The notes under the pieces are model-generated. The model was not told the DNA's origin. It worked only from the letters and a program-made list of their open reading frames with translations, and searched no databases. This document shows positions 47,936 through 61,634 of a stretch of 64,000 nt of DNA, piece after piece. Numbering within the stretch: the first letter of the stretch is position 1; each line of letters starts with the position of its first letter. The translations under genes were made by a program, and so were the position numbers. Origin of the DNA: the human T2T-CHM13v2.0 reference genome, Homo sapiens; NCBI RefSeq assembly GCF_009914755.1, contig NC_060947.1; one strand, given 5' to 3'.

Positions 47936-48549
47936 AAATAAACCATGATCTTTAAATGGGTTTTTCTAGCTCAAGAACTACATGCTCCAGAATTATCAAA
48001 ATTCTAGAATAAATGCTACAATATATTGTTAACCCATACATGCAGTAAATGAGAAGACTGTGGAGTTAAGCATTTGCCCATTTGATGTAAGAAGAACTAG
48101 CACTTACCATGATCAGTTATACTTATTACATCATTTCTGTCCTTGAAGCAAAGTCCAAGGTGTAATTCTAAAATAGTATAAACTTTATATCTTTTGGACA
48201 TTGGCGTGGGTAAGAGCCTATTGTTTTTGTTATGTTATATCTCAGTGGTCTTGTTTATTCTAGTACAAAGCTGAGAACAGCACCATTTTGGGGGAAGGAG
48301 GGAGAATCAGAGGCTGGAAGATGAAAAATAGAGAGTAAGAGGTTATGGTGAAATACTACAATATTTAAAAAATTTATCAGTGACTGTTCTTCATTTTAAA
48401 AACAAAAAGCACTGCCCTGAGTTGGAGCTTAGATTTCATTATTTGAATCAATGTCACTTTGCTTAATGCCAAGTGTATTTTGTTTGTTTCTCAACAACTG
48501 GACTTCATAGATTTAAAAATGGTTTTTAATTTTTTTTTTGTTTGCTAAG

Positions 48550-48632
48550 ACTCACCTTGACCTTATCCTGTCCCATGGACTTGAAGAACTTTCCGATGGA
48601 TGTCCAGACCTGTACAATGCAGCTGGAGAGTT
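48550..48632 (+). CDS. GLRA2: GLRA2 exon 5 (83 nt; (R)[27 protein letters not shown]), Cys loop
   Basis: T-rich tract plus ctaag|A acceptor, T|gtaagt donor; C-x13-C Cys loop signature; phase fits exons 4 and 6. Confidence 0.97.
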
Positions 48633-48776
48633 GTAAGTCACCACTGTTGAAATGACTCCCTGCTTGTTTTAACCAATGACCTGGTTCTTTTAGTATGTCA
48701 TTAAAGAGAAAGGACCCTTACAACTCATTCCCTATATACTGACCAACCCCCAACATCCTAATGGAAAGACAAACCA

Positions 48777-48778
<2 letters not shown>

Positions 48779-48822
<44 letters not shown>
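48779..48822 (+). repeat. (GT)22 microsatellite
   Basis: Perfect run starting ~146 nt after the exon 5 donor. Confidence 0.98.
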
Positions 48823-48823
<1 letters not shown>

Positions 48824-51358
48824 ATACAAAATCTCATTATCAATACAGCATAGGCAACCTTTCAAAGTAAAATGCCAAATAACTTGCCTTTCTCCCCCCG
48901 CCCAAAAAATAGCCTGATTTGGTAAGCTTTTCATTGAAATGAAAATGTCTCCTGAGAAAATTAAAATTATTAGTCATTAAATCTTTATAGTGAATCACTC
49001 TTTAATCAGAAAATTGAATTTCTTTCCATCTTATGCCCATGTAGACCATCACCCCAAAAGGAATTCTGGCAGGAAGGGATAATTGCTTTGAGAACAAGAC
49101 ATAAGGACCTTGGCCAGAGGAGGATGTAAGAATGAGGGGCATGAGATGAGATGGAATAAGACAGAATAAGAGGCATTTCTCTTAGATAAGCAGTGGATAC
49201 ACAAAAGCATGGTGAAGCAAGTAGAAAAAGGCCATCTACTTTGTCCCCTTTATGACCTAACCCTGATGCCACTAAAGTCTTTGATATGTGTCACCATAAG
49301 TTGCTGATGCCTCCAAAGTAACAGGATTTTCAGTTAAGAGATATGAATTTCTTTCTGGCTTGGTCTATCAGTTTCTCTGTTTGTAAAATGCAGAGAATAA
49401 TAAGTGCCACTGACCTACATGGACGTTAGGAGATTTAATGAGGCATGGGCAAGGAAATACTTTTAACTTCTTGGTTTAGAAAAAGAATATATGTAAAAAG
49501 ACTTATCTATTATTTAAAAAGAGGTAGTGACAGGGTTGATTTCATTCTGATCATCTAAAATCACTATGGATTTCCCTTGAAACATCCCAGAGAAATAAAC
49601 AAAATGATGAAACCTCTTTATCTTAAGAAGTTGTCATAGATAAAATGAAAATTTCTGATTTAAAATAGGCCTTATGTATTCATTTTTTTCCTTATTGCTC
49701 CTTCTCTTGAGAAAAAAGCTGAGAAAAACATTTTCTTACATGATTCCTTCTTTCTGTTTTCTCTACTGCTCCAAAATCTCCCCTGACTCAACCCAACACT
49801 TTTATTTTTTCTGTAAAACAGTAGCCGTAGCTGTCAACTGATGTTCATCCAAGGCTTAGAAAATTTGAATTAGTAAATAAGCTCAGTCCTGGCATGAATA
49901 ATGAAATCAAAGAAACATCATGTTTACCACTAACTTTGGATGTGAAGGGTGGGAATTATTATTTTTTTCCTTTTCTATCCCAATATTACTTTCTTCATCC
50001 CCACCTCTTTACCTCTGCTGTCTTCCCCATGCTGGGGCTTCAGGGTGACTGACAAGAACTTTTATTGTGGTGGCCAACGAGAAGCTCACCAGACAAGAAC
50101 GTGGGGTATTTTGTGAGCTTAGAGTAGTATTTGCTGGAGGTTTCCAAGGTGTACTCACACAGATAGGGTTTGCCATTCTCCTTGTGGACCACCAATGCTT
50201 GTATAGGGCCTCTTTGTATCTCCTTGCTTTCCATGTTCTTATTATTTTTTTTTTTTGGCTTTATGTTGAAAAGGTAGTCCAAAGAAACAGGAAAGTAGAT
50301 TACAATTAAACTTGCCATTGATTTCTGGGTAGCTCTGGCGAGTCACTGTCTTGCAGTAAATAAGAATAAGAATCCATAAACTTAAAAAAAAAAAAAAAAA
50401 ACATGCTGAGGATTTTGGCCAGCCAAGACCTCACATAATATCCTCTGTCCTCATCACTCTTATCTGAAAAGTTCAAATATTACAAACAAAGGGAAAAGGT
50501 AGAGAAATGGTGCATGAAAGAAGAGTAGGCTTCATTTCTAGGGTAGAGAAAGATCCAGAAAAAATTGACAGATGATGACCTAGCTTGGAGACTAAGAGCT
50601 AACTTTGGATTACCAAACTGATAACAATTTTACTTTGGATGGTTCAAGTCATATAAAAATATGATCTTTCATAATAGGTAATCTGTTTTACTTTGTATTA
50701 ATAATTGTGATGAGTGGGCCCATTTAGCAAGACACTAGCACAAATGAATATTCTTAATTTGCATATTCCATAATTTCCTCTTAGATTACCTGCCAATAGT
50801 CTTCCCCATTTGCTAAAGTAGAAGGACTTTAACATAAGCTTTCTGAATGCAAAGCTAATAGACCCTAGGAGGAGGGCCAAGTCTGTAATGGGAATGTTTT
50901 AGGCAGGCCCGTGATTAATTCATTCTCATTTAAAAAAAGAATGGTTTTCATTTAAAGTACTGACTGGCACTGTGGATTGGATTGTCTTATTGGATTGCTA
51001 AAGCCTCAGCTCTTGCAAGTAAAGACAATCTTCAAAGGATTTTTATGTTTGTTCACTTGTTTGTTCTTCAGAAAGAGTTAGTGAATAAAAAGGCAGAAAT
51101 CAATAGACTTTTTAGATTCCATTCTTTCATTACACAGAAAAAAAATCCATCCATAAGTAGCTTTCTGTCTTAAATTTCTTTGGCTCCAATGACACAGAGT
51201 TGTAGTGATGATTGCAGCTCTTTTATTAAGAATGCTCTTGAATTGACTGAGCGTATGTCTGCTTTAGACAGTTTCTTTGTTTGTTTCTTTACATGGGTAG
51301 ACTTTCAAGCTTTCTTGGAAAGCCATATTCAATTTTCACTATGATTTCTTTACCTCAG

Positions 51359-51496
51359 TTGGGTACACGATGAATGACCTGATATTTGAGTGGTTAAGTG
51401 ATGGTCCAGTGCAAGTTGCTGAAGGATTGACCCTGCCCCAGTTTATTTTGAAAGAAGAGAAGGAACTTGGCTACTGTACAAAGCACTACAACACTG
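51359..51496 (+). CDS. GLRA2: GLRA2 exon 6 (138 nt; (F)[45 protein letters not shown])
   Basis: cctcag|TT acceptor, G|gtaagt donor; WLSDGPVQ distinguishes alpha2 from alpha1 and alpha3; overlaps ORF 51370..51582. Confidence 0.98.
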
Positions 51497-53150
51497 GTAA
51501 GTTTCTTTTTTTTTTTTTTTTTCAGCTGTTAAACACAAGTGAGCGCCATTTGCAGTTTGGAGTATACATCTCATTACTCTAATTGCTGCATATTTACCAG
51601 GCAAATAGACCTATGTCGCACGGACCTGATTTGGCTCAAAACTCCCTCAACAGATAAGATTCCTATACTCTCTGGAATAGGTCAGCAAACACAAGAGGTA
51701 ATTTCTCCAGAACATAGAGAGAAGGAGAGAGGATTTAGGATCTTTTGCTGTTCCTAGCTGACCATCTGTTGTCGAATGAGTCTGAGGAAAGATGTAGAAA
51801 ACCTCATTAGTGGTGCAGAAAACATAAATTCTGGCTCCTTTCTGGCATCCGCTCTTGCCATTGGATGCTTAGGTCAATTTGCACCCACTGTCTTACTGCC
51901 TTAGTGCCTTAGTGGAAAAGAGGGACAATAACACAGGTCTTTGTAAACCCAGAAATAGAGCTGTTGTGTTCTTCAGTCCTGGATAGCAATAGAAGTTTGG
52001 ATGAAAGTCAGCTGGCAGGAATTCAGCTGGCTCTAAAGTCATGTGTTATCAGTAGTGCTGACAGACACATGGGGTTGGGGGGCAGGTGGTGAAGGAAGAA
52101 CTTGAGGTGGTAGCAACAAATAGGCATCCGTTGTTTTCTGGAAGATTTTACCTGTCCAGAAAAGTTGATGGTTTTTCTTAAGAAAAACCATGGTGTTCAT
52201 TCAATACTATGCAAGCTGATCATGGAGAGACAATCAAGACATGATGGTTTGTCCAGTAACTGGTCTAGGTCCCTTGCTGAGGAAAACAGTTTATGCACAC
52301 TTGTTCCAACAGCCAACAGTGATACTTATGAAGTAACCAAAACCTGATTCCAAGGATGTTTTTTTTCTGACCAAGAAGAATTCAACCCTATATCTTGTAA
52401 TCTGTATGGACTAAGCAAAATTACCTTCTGGAGTTCTAACTCCAAGTCAATTAAGGAGAAAAAAAGTGGGAAGGGGTAGGAATATCTGTCTCTTAAATGT
52501 TAGAAGTTTTAATACCTTTATATGAACTCCTTTTTACAGGTAAAGAAACACTGTACGTAGTTCCTAGGCATATGCTAAATGTCCTGAAGCAATTACCCAG
52601 AAGGCTAGGAAATTTTTACAATGACTAGACTATACACTGGCTTATACAAATGTACATTTTTCTCTTGCCATTAATAACACAATGATAAATACACAGTTCT
52701 TTAAATACTTTGTAGTTTTATGTAAACTGTACTACTTTGGAGGAAATGGCTTCAACTATTACACAGTGTATGTCATGTGTTACATATTATATGCTATATA
52801 GTATATGCTATTAATATATAATATACTATATATAACATATTATAACCCCCCAAAATTTGAATATTTTATTTCCACTGGTTATTTTCTGTCAGTCTTGTAA
52901 ATTCTGAAGCTCTGTCTAAAACAATCAAGCTGCAGCAAGCACAGATTTTAAAAATTAAATATGCTTTATGGTTTTGGTCCAGTGACTCTTTAGATCACAC
53001 ATTCTCACACTATTATTATCACTATTATTCCACAGTAATTATTTCTATTACTGGTTCAGTTGGAGAAGAGTTGAATTGGTTACGTAGGGTGAACATTTTG
53101 TGCAATCTTCCAAATCCATCTGCAGTAGTCTTTTTTTTTTTTTTTTTTAA

Positions 53151-53450
<300 letters not shown>

Positions 53451-56089
53451 TGATAACAGATGACATGAAAGCTTCCCAAAGGTCTTGTGGGCTGGAGAGT
53501 TCTGTGAGGACAGAAATGTTGGCCACCCTATGACACTGTCATAGATATGAATGCAATAAGAGGACAAGAAGCTGAGTTTGAGAGAATCAGGGATCTGGGA
53601 ACATGGGGAACCCTCAAAATCATATCATTTAGAGGAAAGGGAAATTAGTATTGAGAGGGAAGAGAAATGAGTAGAGGCAGAAACATGGCTTAGAGACTCT
53701 AGGAAGCCCTTGAGTGCTTTTGATCTCGGTTGTTTATAAGACATGAAGCTTGCAAGAATTGGAGTAAGACTGATGCAATTTATGCCATATTTTCAAGTAT
53801 TTATTGGTGAAACTATTGCAATTCATATGTTTAGTGAAGTCATTTATAGTAATAAAAATTTGAATTAGGCTCCTGGAAATCACAGAAGAGCCATATCAAT
53901 AAATATATGTAAGAAATTAATGTACAATATTAGGGTACAGCAATCTGATATATGAAACATTGCTATGCCTTAATTTCCTTTAATGGCTGATATGCTACTA
54001 TTTTTGAGTGACACAGTTACCCAGAGAAGGAACAGTAGAGTCATCTAAAATGGTGAAAATTCCTAGAAATGTGGCATGGTGACAGAGGAGTGTGGGATCG
54101 ATATCAGGGACATATAGACAGTTTATAGCACCTCAAATAATAATCCATAAGTGGCTGTGTAATCTATTTTTATAAAAAGCAGGCCATCTGCATTTGTAAA
54201 TATTGCTTAAGCAAGTAATGATGAATGTCCCACTTTTGAAATGCTCTAGCACCCCAGAAGTGTGCCTTTGTGTGCTTCCCCATTTCACTGAGCACACTGA
54301 GCCATTGGCTTCAATTTTCCAGAATATGAGTTTAATTTAGGATTCAGTGTACATTGTCTCATACTGGTTGAGCAGTCTCTCCAAAATGCATTTCCGGAAA
54401 ATAATGAAGATGTAATTCCATATTTTTGCTGGCTTGAGTTTATGTTTGGTTGTGCTGAATTTGACATAATGAGAAATGTTAGATCATGTTCCACATTATC
54501 TCCCATGTCCAGAAGATAAGATGACATATGGAGGAGGTCTGTGGTTATAATAGAGGTGGGCTGAATACTGGAGAAATATTTACACAACTTATTAAGTCCC
54601 ATGCCTCCAAAGATAAACATTAGGTTTTATATGGTCATAGAGAAAGGAATAGAGGTATCTCTAATACTTTTTTATCTTCTAGAATAACAAATAGTATAAT
54701 GTACCTGTATTATTTTTCTACTGGAATACAGATGTCAGAAATACTAACAGCTTTTTTAACCTGTATAATCAAAAATCAATTTTACCTAATAGCACTTTTA
54801 ATCCACTCTGTGCCCCTCCCAAACAGGTTCATTTGCTTATTTATTATTAGTCATTAGCTATTGCCATCACTGCATGCCATGGCATTAAACCTCAGGATGT
54901 ACAAACATATATTTTACAATTTAATAGACAGCTAAAGTACTGGTGACAAACTGTAAGCATATAATGTCAAAATATAAGACATTTAGCCTCCAACTGCTCA
55001 TTGCTGTGAAAAGAGTAGTCATTTATCTTCAAAATGGGAGTTTGAGTTTTTATAAATTTGTTATTCATTTTATAAAGCTGTTATGATTCTGCATCAATGG
55101 TCAAAACTATTGCTAAATAAATGTTCACTGATCAGGGATCTTTGTATGTAAAGGCAATGAGGAACTCAGATAAACCAAAAGAGAGTAAAATCAAAAATCA
55201 TTTTACACTTGGCTCTGAACTCATGGTGGTTATCCTTTTGCCACCATTAGGTTTATCTTCCTCTGTGTACTTTTCTTATGCTGTTATTAAACATGGTTGG
55301 CTTTCAACTGACCATGAGGAAATGTAACTTATGTGGATGATGGTGTGAAACACATGGGATAAAAAGTGAGTCATGGAAAATGAAGAATTGGTCATACAGT
55401 TACTTATACATGCACATGCATGTAAATACTCATTTTAATTTATAAACACTGCAATCCCTGACCAGATGCTCCACTGTGGTGATTGTACATTTACTTCGGG
55501 GCCTCCTACAATGCCCCGTACAGAGTACACATGCACATTACACTTTAAAAGTAAGATGTTTGTTATAGAAAAGACAGAAAACACAGAAAACATGATTAAT
55601 GTTAACCAACCATTAAATAACTGTTGTTAAGACTTTGGTGTATTTTCTTTCAGTCTTTTTTCCATGTGCATTTATGGGCAAGCCCATGCACATGCACACA
55701 CAGAAAATTGAGGTCAAACTTTTACACCATCTTAGATATTTAGAGTTTTCTTTTTTGCTTTTGTAAGTATGATAATTATAAATACATTTGCATAGGAGTG
55801 TTTGTAGCCCACTGTGTTCTAGATAACATATATATAGTTTTTAATTTTTAAAAACTTTCAATGAGAAAAAAGAAGGTACTGAGCATGTTTAGAGTGAATG
55901 AGGGAAGATCTATGAGAAGATATTTGATGGGATATATGTTCTATGCAGGCAACAACTTTGTCTTGTTCATTCTGTTAACTTCAACACCTAGAACAGTATG
56001 TGGCTTAGACTAGATGACCAATAAATTCTCATCGAATGGATAAATTAATGATCAGCCATGTTCTCCCATGTGAGGCCATGTTGAAGATA

Positions 56090-56169
56090 TTAGGTTGGTG
56101 CAAAAGTAATTCTGGCTTTTGTCATTAACAGTAATGGCAAATATCGCAATTACTTTTGTACCAACCTAG
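56090..56169. mobile_element. MADE1 MITE (Hsmar1-derived)
   Basis: 80-bp near-palindrome ttaggttggtgcaaaagtaatt...aattacttttgtaccaacctag with TA TSDs (56088-56089, 56170-56171). Confidence 0.93.
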
Positions 56170-56349
56170 TAGATCAGACTTGAAGCAGAATCCATGGGTG
56201 AAAGTTACACAGAAAAGTATTTGAGTTTTAATGTACAGAAGAATCTCATAATAATATTACATGTACTATAAAGGACTGGAATTTCTCTAGAGTATGTCTC
56301 CCTTTCCAAAAATTCTCAAGCAGACTTTGCAAAGTTAAGAATATATGAA

Positions 56350-57215
56350 CAAATTTACAAGAAAACAAACAACCCCATCAAAAAATGGGCAAAGGACAGA
56401 ACAGACACTTCTCAAAAGAAGAGATTTATGCAACCAACAGACATATGAAAAAATGCCCATCATCACTGGTCATTAGAGAAATGCAAATCAAAACCACAAT
56501 GAGATACCATCTCATGCCAGTTAGAATGGCGATCATTAAAAAGTCAGGAAACAACAGATGCTAGAGAGGTTGTGGAAAAATAGGAATGCTTTTACACTGT
56601 TGGTGGGAGAGTAAATTAGTTCAACCATTGTGGAAGACAGTGTGACAATTCCTCAAGGATCTAGAACTGGAAATATCATTTGACCCAGCGAACTCATTAC
56701 TGGGCATATAACCAAAGGATTATAAATCATTCTATGATAAAGACACATGCACAGGTATGTTTATTGCGGCACTATTCACAATACCAAAGACTTGGAACCA
56801 ACCCAAATGTCCGTCAATGATAGACTGGATTAAGAAAATGTGGTACATATACACCATGGAATACTATGCAGCCATGAAAAAGGATGAGTTCATATCCTTT
56901 GCAGGGACATGGATGAAGCTGGAAACCATCATTCTCAGCAAACTAACACAAGAATGGAAAACCAAACACTGCATGTTCTCACTCACAAGTGGGGGTTGAA
57001 CAATGAGAATACATGGACACGGGGAGGGGAACATCACACACTGGGGCCTGTCGGAGGGTGGGGGGGCTAGGGGAGTGATAGCATTAGGAGAAATACCTAG
57101 TGTAGATGATGGGTTGATGGGTGCAGCAAACCACCATGGCATGTGTATATCTATGTAACACAACTGCACGTTCTGCACAGGTAACCCAGAACTTAAAGTA
57201 TAATAATAATAAAAA
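56350..57215 (+). mobile_element. 5'-truncated L1PA (L1PA7/8-like)
   Basis: ORF2 C-terminus (ORF 56757), 3'UTR and A-rich tail; TSD atatgaacaaa (56343-56353, 57216-57226). Confidence 0.92.
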
Positions 57216-57622
57216 TATGAACAAAGACATATTTTGAAACATAGGCCTTGATCTAAATCTTAGAGCCTTTACTTCACTCAACCTCTCTAAGTTTGTTTCA
57301 TCATTTATAAAATGAGAACATTATTATCTACCCCTTAAAAAAATTAAATGAGGATGAGATGAAGCAGTACTTATATAAATTGTTTAGCCCAGTTTTTCTA
57401 CATCGTCGGTATTCATCTCATCCTGGTTATTTTTATTCTTACTGTTCCCTGTCCATAATGTAGTAGAAAAGACTGCTCCATGGCATGAGAGGTTATATTA
57501 GAAAATGCATAAAGGGCCTTATGAATAGAAGATGTCCTGTTCTTTGGATGGCTCACTATTCACTTATAGTTGTACTGTCAATGAGATTAACCAAAGTTTG
57601 TCATATGTATGTGTGTACAAGA

Positions 57623-57938
57623 TACAATTAGTCCTCCATATCTGCAGGCTCTGCATCTGCAGATTCAACAAACCATGGATCAAAAATATTTTTAAAAAAC
57701 AAAGAAAGCAAAACAACAATAAAAAAAATAACCAATACAGCATAACAACTATACAATATTTGCATTGTATTGGGTATTATAAGTAATCTAGAGATGATTT
57801 AAAGTATATGGGAGGATGTGCATAGGTTATATGCAAATATTACTCCATTTCATATAAGGGACTTGAGCATCCACAGATTTTCGTATTTGCAAAGATCCTG
57901 GAACCAATCCCCTGTGGATACCAAGGGGGCAACTATGT
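57623..57938. mobile_element. MER2 (TcMar-Tigger)
   Basis: attataagtaatctagagatgatttaaagtatatgggaggatgtgcataggttatatgcaaat...ggaaccaatcccctgtggatacc. Confidence 0.85.
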
Positions 57939-59359
57939 ACATATGCACAAATACACGTGTGTGTTTTTTTTACAGATAGTTGATTAAATGGGTTCAGTTC
58001 CAGAGGGTCTGAATAAGATATGAGTCAATTTTTCCCCACTCACTACCATTAAATACCCTCACTTGGCTATGTCTTCTCTGCCCCTGGAGGATTCTATAGA
58101 TTCTCAGTACTATATGCTATGCTATTAGACCTGGAATGTACAAACGTGTATTTTTCAATTTAATAGACAGCTAAAGTATCAGTGACAAACAGATATTTTA
58201 GGATAGTCTATTATCAGACTTTTAAAAAATTATCTAGTCTGAAACAAAACTTCAGTCTCATGTACAATTCAATGCTCTTTTCTTCCCTTGCCGCATGCTC
58301 AGGCCTGACTTGTGCCTTGAAAATGTACAGCGATGTGGAGCACTTTGTCTGTTCCTTCACAGTTCCTCCCCTGTATTTCCAACTTTTTTCCTCACTCATG
58401 TTGCTGACTTCACCATTGTTGAGGGCTGAGAGTAATGGGAAAGATGGAGGAAAGTCTCATGTGACCGAAGCTGTGGTATACTATTAGTGCCTTCTCTAAT
58501 GGCAAGCCCCCAAATGCTGGATTTCTTGTGAGGTGAACTTGAGTTCTTTGGAGTTCCCAGGGCATCCAACATACTACACCATTTCCAGATGAATAATGTA
58601 TTCTCTGGGTGATGTCTTACCATCTCCTCTTAGCTATCACCTCCTAGCAGTATATCCCATACAACTTCTTACTCCTCAGGTCCCCTTCCTTAATAAGATA
58701 GCCCTTCTGGTTGATGTATTTTCCAGATGACTCACCTTTGGCTATCTTCCACACCATTTATTAGGCTCACTAAGAACTTGTGCATTATTGCCTTGCTAAA
58801 TGATAGAAATGCAACTTAACCAACTGCTAATCTTTCTGCTTTCACCCTACTATCATGGGTATTCCAGCTAACCTACTGCCTTCAAAATTCACTCAGGTAA
58901 GAAAGATATTGGTGTTCACATTTTCATATAAAACCCAAATACTAAAGACAAATGAGAGATTCTCTTAAGAACTCTGATCCAGGGGCAACTTGTTGGAATT
59001 TCAGCAGCTTACCAAATATATGGCATATGGAAGAGATACCAGTCTCTTTTCTTACAGGGGTGGGTATAAACCACCTTCTATCCATCTTTAGGAGAACAGG
59101 GAGAATGCCACAGCACTGTCAACGTCCACAAATTCCATTACTTCAATTAATGTTTTCGAATGTCTGGTTTTCTGTAATAATACAGGGTGTTGGGTATAAG
59201 AGTCTCTAGACAGCATTTTCTGTCTTCTAGAAAGTACTGTATCTGGCATGTATATGTGCAGCGTCTCCCTTTAGTGTAAGGCTTTAGTAAAAATGCTGAG
59301 GCAATAAGAATATCCTGTTCCCATACTGTTACACATATAAATATACACTCTTAATTTTA

Positions 59360-59920
59360 GACTTTTATCCCTATGAGGGCAAGGACTTCATTGCTCTTGG
59401 AAATGTTCGTGTACCCACCCCTCAGCACAACACCTGGTTCACAGTAGGTGCTCAGTAAAGAGTAAATCAGTGAATAAATGAACAGTGTTGAAAATACTTG
59501 TAATCAAGGGGTATTCCCAGTATAATTCAATTGATGATTCATCCATCCATTTATTTATTCAACTAACACTTATTGAATGTTTTATCTGTGCCATGCATTC
59601 TTCTAGGGGTCAAAGATAAAACACAGCCCCTACCCTCAGGGGCTTGTAATCTGCTAGGCCAGAGATAGGCATTTGGAATGGTGATTATTTAACAATGTAG
59701 GATAAAAAGATATATGAAGTAAGATGCCTAACCTATTAAGTGGAGGAGGGAAGAATGGGTGGGTGAAGAAGGGAGAGAAGAGAGGGGGAAGGAGCAAAGG
59801 AAGTAGAGAGAGCAGGAGCAGATCTAGGAAAATGTCCTGAAGGAGGAAGCCTGAGCTGAATCTACGAGGCATATTAAGTAGGTGAAGTAGGAGGAGGTAA
59901 AGGGCATTCCAGGCAATGAG
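59360..59920. mobile_element. Two L2 3' fragments arranged tail-to-tail (+ 59360-59482; - 59535-59920)
   Basis: cacagtaggtgctcagtaaa...gaataaatgaa, then ttcatccatccatttatttattcaac...ttattgaatg...tgtgcca. Confidence 0.65.
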
Positions 59921-61634
59921 GACCTTCTACTCATAATATTTGGGCTACACTTTTAAAATAAGGCTTTCTAGAAAAAAATCTGGGTACATTTCAAACATGC
60001 TTCACACATTTTAAACACGTTTCAAGTAAGAAACTTGTGTTTATTGATTCCAAGTTAATTTCCTATCTTCCTGCCAACCAATACTTTTTGTGTTTTTGTT
60101 CTTGATTTTTTGTTTTTCAGAAGTTCAATCCCTTCTCTAAATACAGGAAAATCAAATACCAGCATGATATGTGTTTCATCGGTATCTTTCCCTTTGAAGC
60201 TATAAAATTGGTTTTTAAACATACATCTCTGCCAACCCCCAAGAAGCTATTGTGCTGGCAATACTTCTTTTAACCGTTTAGAGCATAAAGCCTCTAGTGG
60301 CAGACTAAAGGCTGCATGTTGTCTTTCCCACCCTCAGAAAAGTATGAGGATGAATTGAATGGAAGATGGAAGACTGAGACATCAGGCAGGCTTTGCACAT
60401 GGCAAAATAAGATTAAACGATTATTTTCCTTTACTCCATGTTTGTTATCACAGCTAGATGATTTATAGCCACTCCTAAGTGTGTCTTGAGTCCTCATTTG
60501 TGGCTGAAGCCCAGAGACTATAGAAGTGAAAGCAAACACTGGGATAGCTAGAATGACCTAGGTGTGCAGACGACTCTGACAGGTCCAGAACTGTCTCTTT
60601 GAAGCAAGGATCCAGAGGCATTGTCTTTCGCCATTATTAACTGGGATGGCCTATTTCCTATATAAGGAAATTTCTCCTTACTTTTCAGCCATCTGGTCAA
60701 CTAAGACCAGCTGGACCATTTCAAGCAGCTGACAAACCCAGGACATGCTTGGAATTTAAAACGAAAGAGGCCATACATAGTTTTGCCACATTTGGTCTTG
60801 CTTTATTCCCCCTACCAGAATGCTTCTAACTAGAGATTGCAGTAAGAGAACTATGAAAACAGTAAGACTGATACCTGTAGGAGTTTTTAAAGATTTGTTT
60901 GGATATCTGTTTTAGCTCTAAAAAATAAAGATGATTGCTCCTTGAATCAGGTATATCCCCAGCTAATTTAAACAACTTTCCCAGTATTTCTGAAAGAAGT
61001 TGGAAACAATTATTTTTTGTACATAATCAGGATCTTATGAAGTTCTTGGATAAAGATTAAAAAGTAAGAAAGCCAAGCAAATTGATCTGCAGGCCTGCTT
61101 GCTTTAGCCAGATGTCTGCATATGTAGGAGACTTCATAAACTTTCCCTCCCGACATTTCCCAAGCCACAGCAAATTGAAGAGTCGTTGATGTAGTGAGTG
61201 TGTGAAAAAAATATGCAAAGAGATGACACGTGAGAATTCTCTGGGGAGAGAGCTGAAGCACCATTGGTACTTTAGTTTAAGAATGTTGTTGGCAGCCTTT
61301 GCAGGGAAGCTGACAGTGAGAGAAGCTATCCAAGCTAGGCTTTTGCTCAAGTCCTGGTGAGGCTCGTAAGCCTTTGGGGATGGCATATGGAAATTCAGGA
61401 TTATTTTGAACTCTTTCTCTTTCCATTTCACTAAAATGGGTAACTATGGGTCCAAATGGCTTGGGTTCTTATAAACACCACACAGTGAGGAAAAAAATGA
61501 ACTATTGTGGAGCATGCAACACAGTGTCAGGCACTATGTTATAATACATGATCACATTACAGACAAGAAGAAACAGAACTTCTGTCCTTAAGAAGACATA
61601 AACATAAAATAGAAGATTATAATTCAGTGCAGTA

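Noticed and set aside
51406-51408. Pro codon in SDGPVQ as the P192L editing site
   Set aside because: Counting exon lengths places mature P192 at the GLTLP proline (51436-51438), not here.
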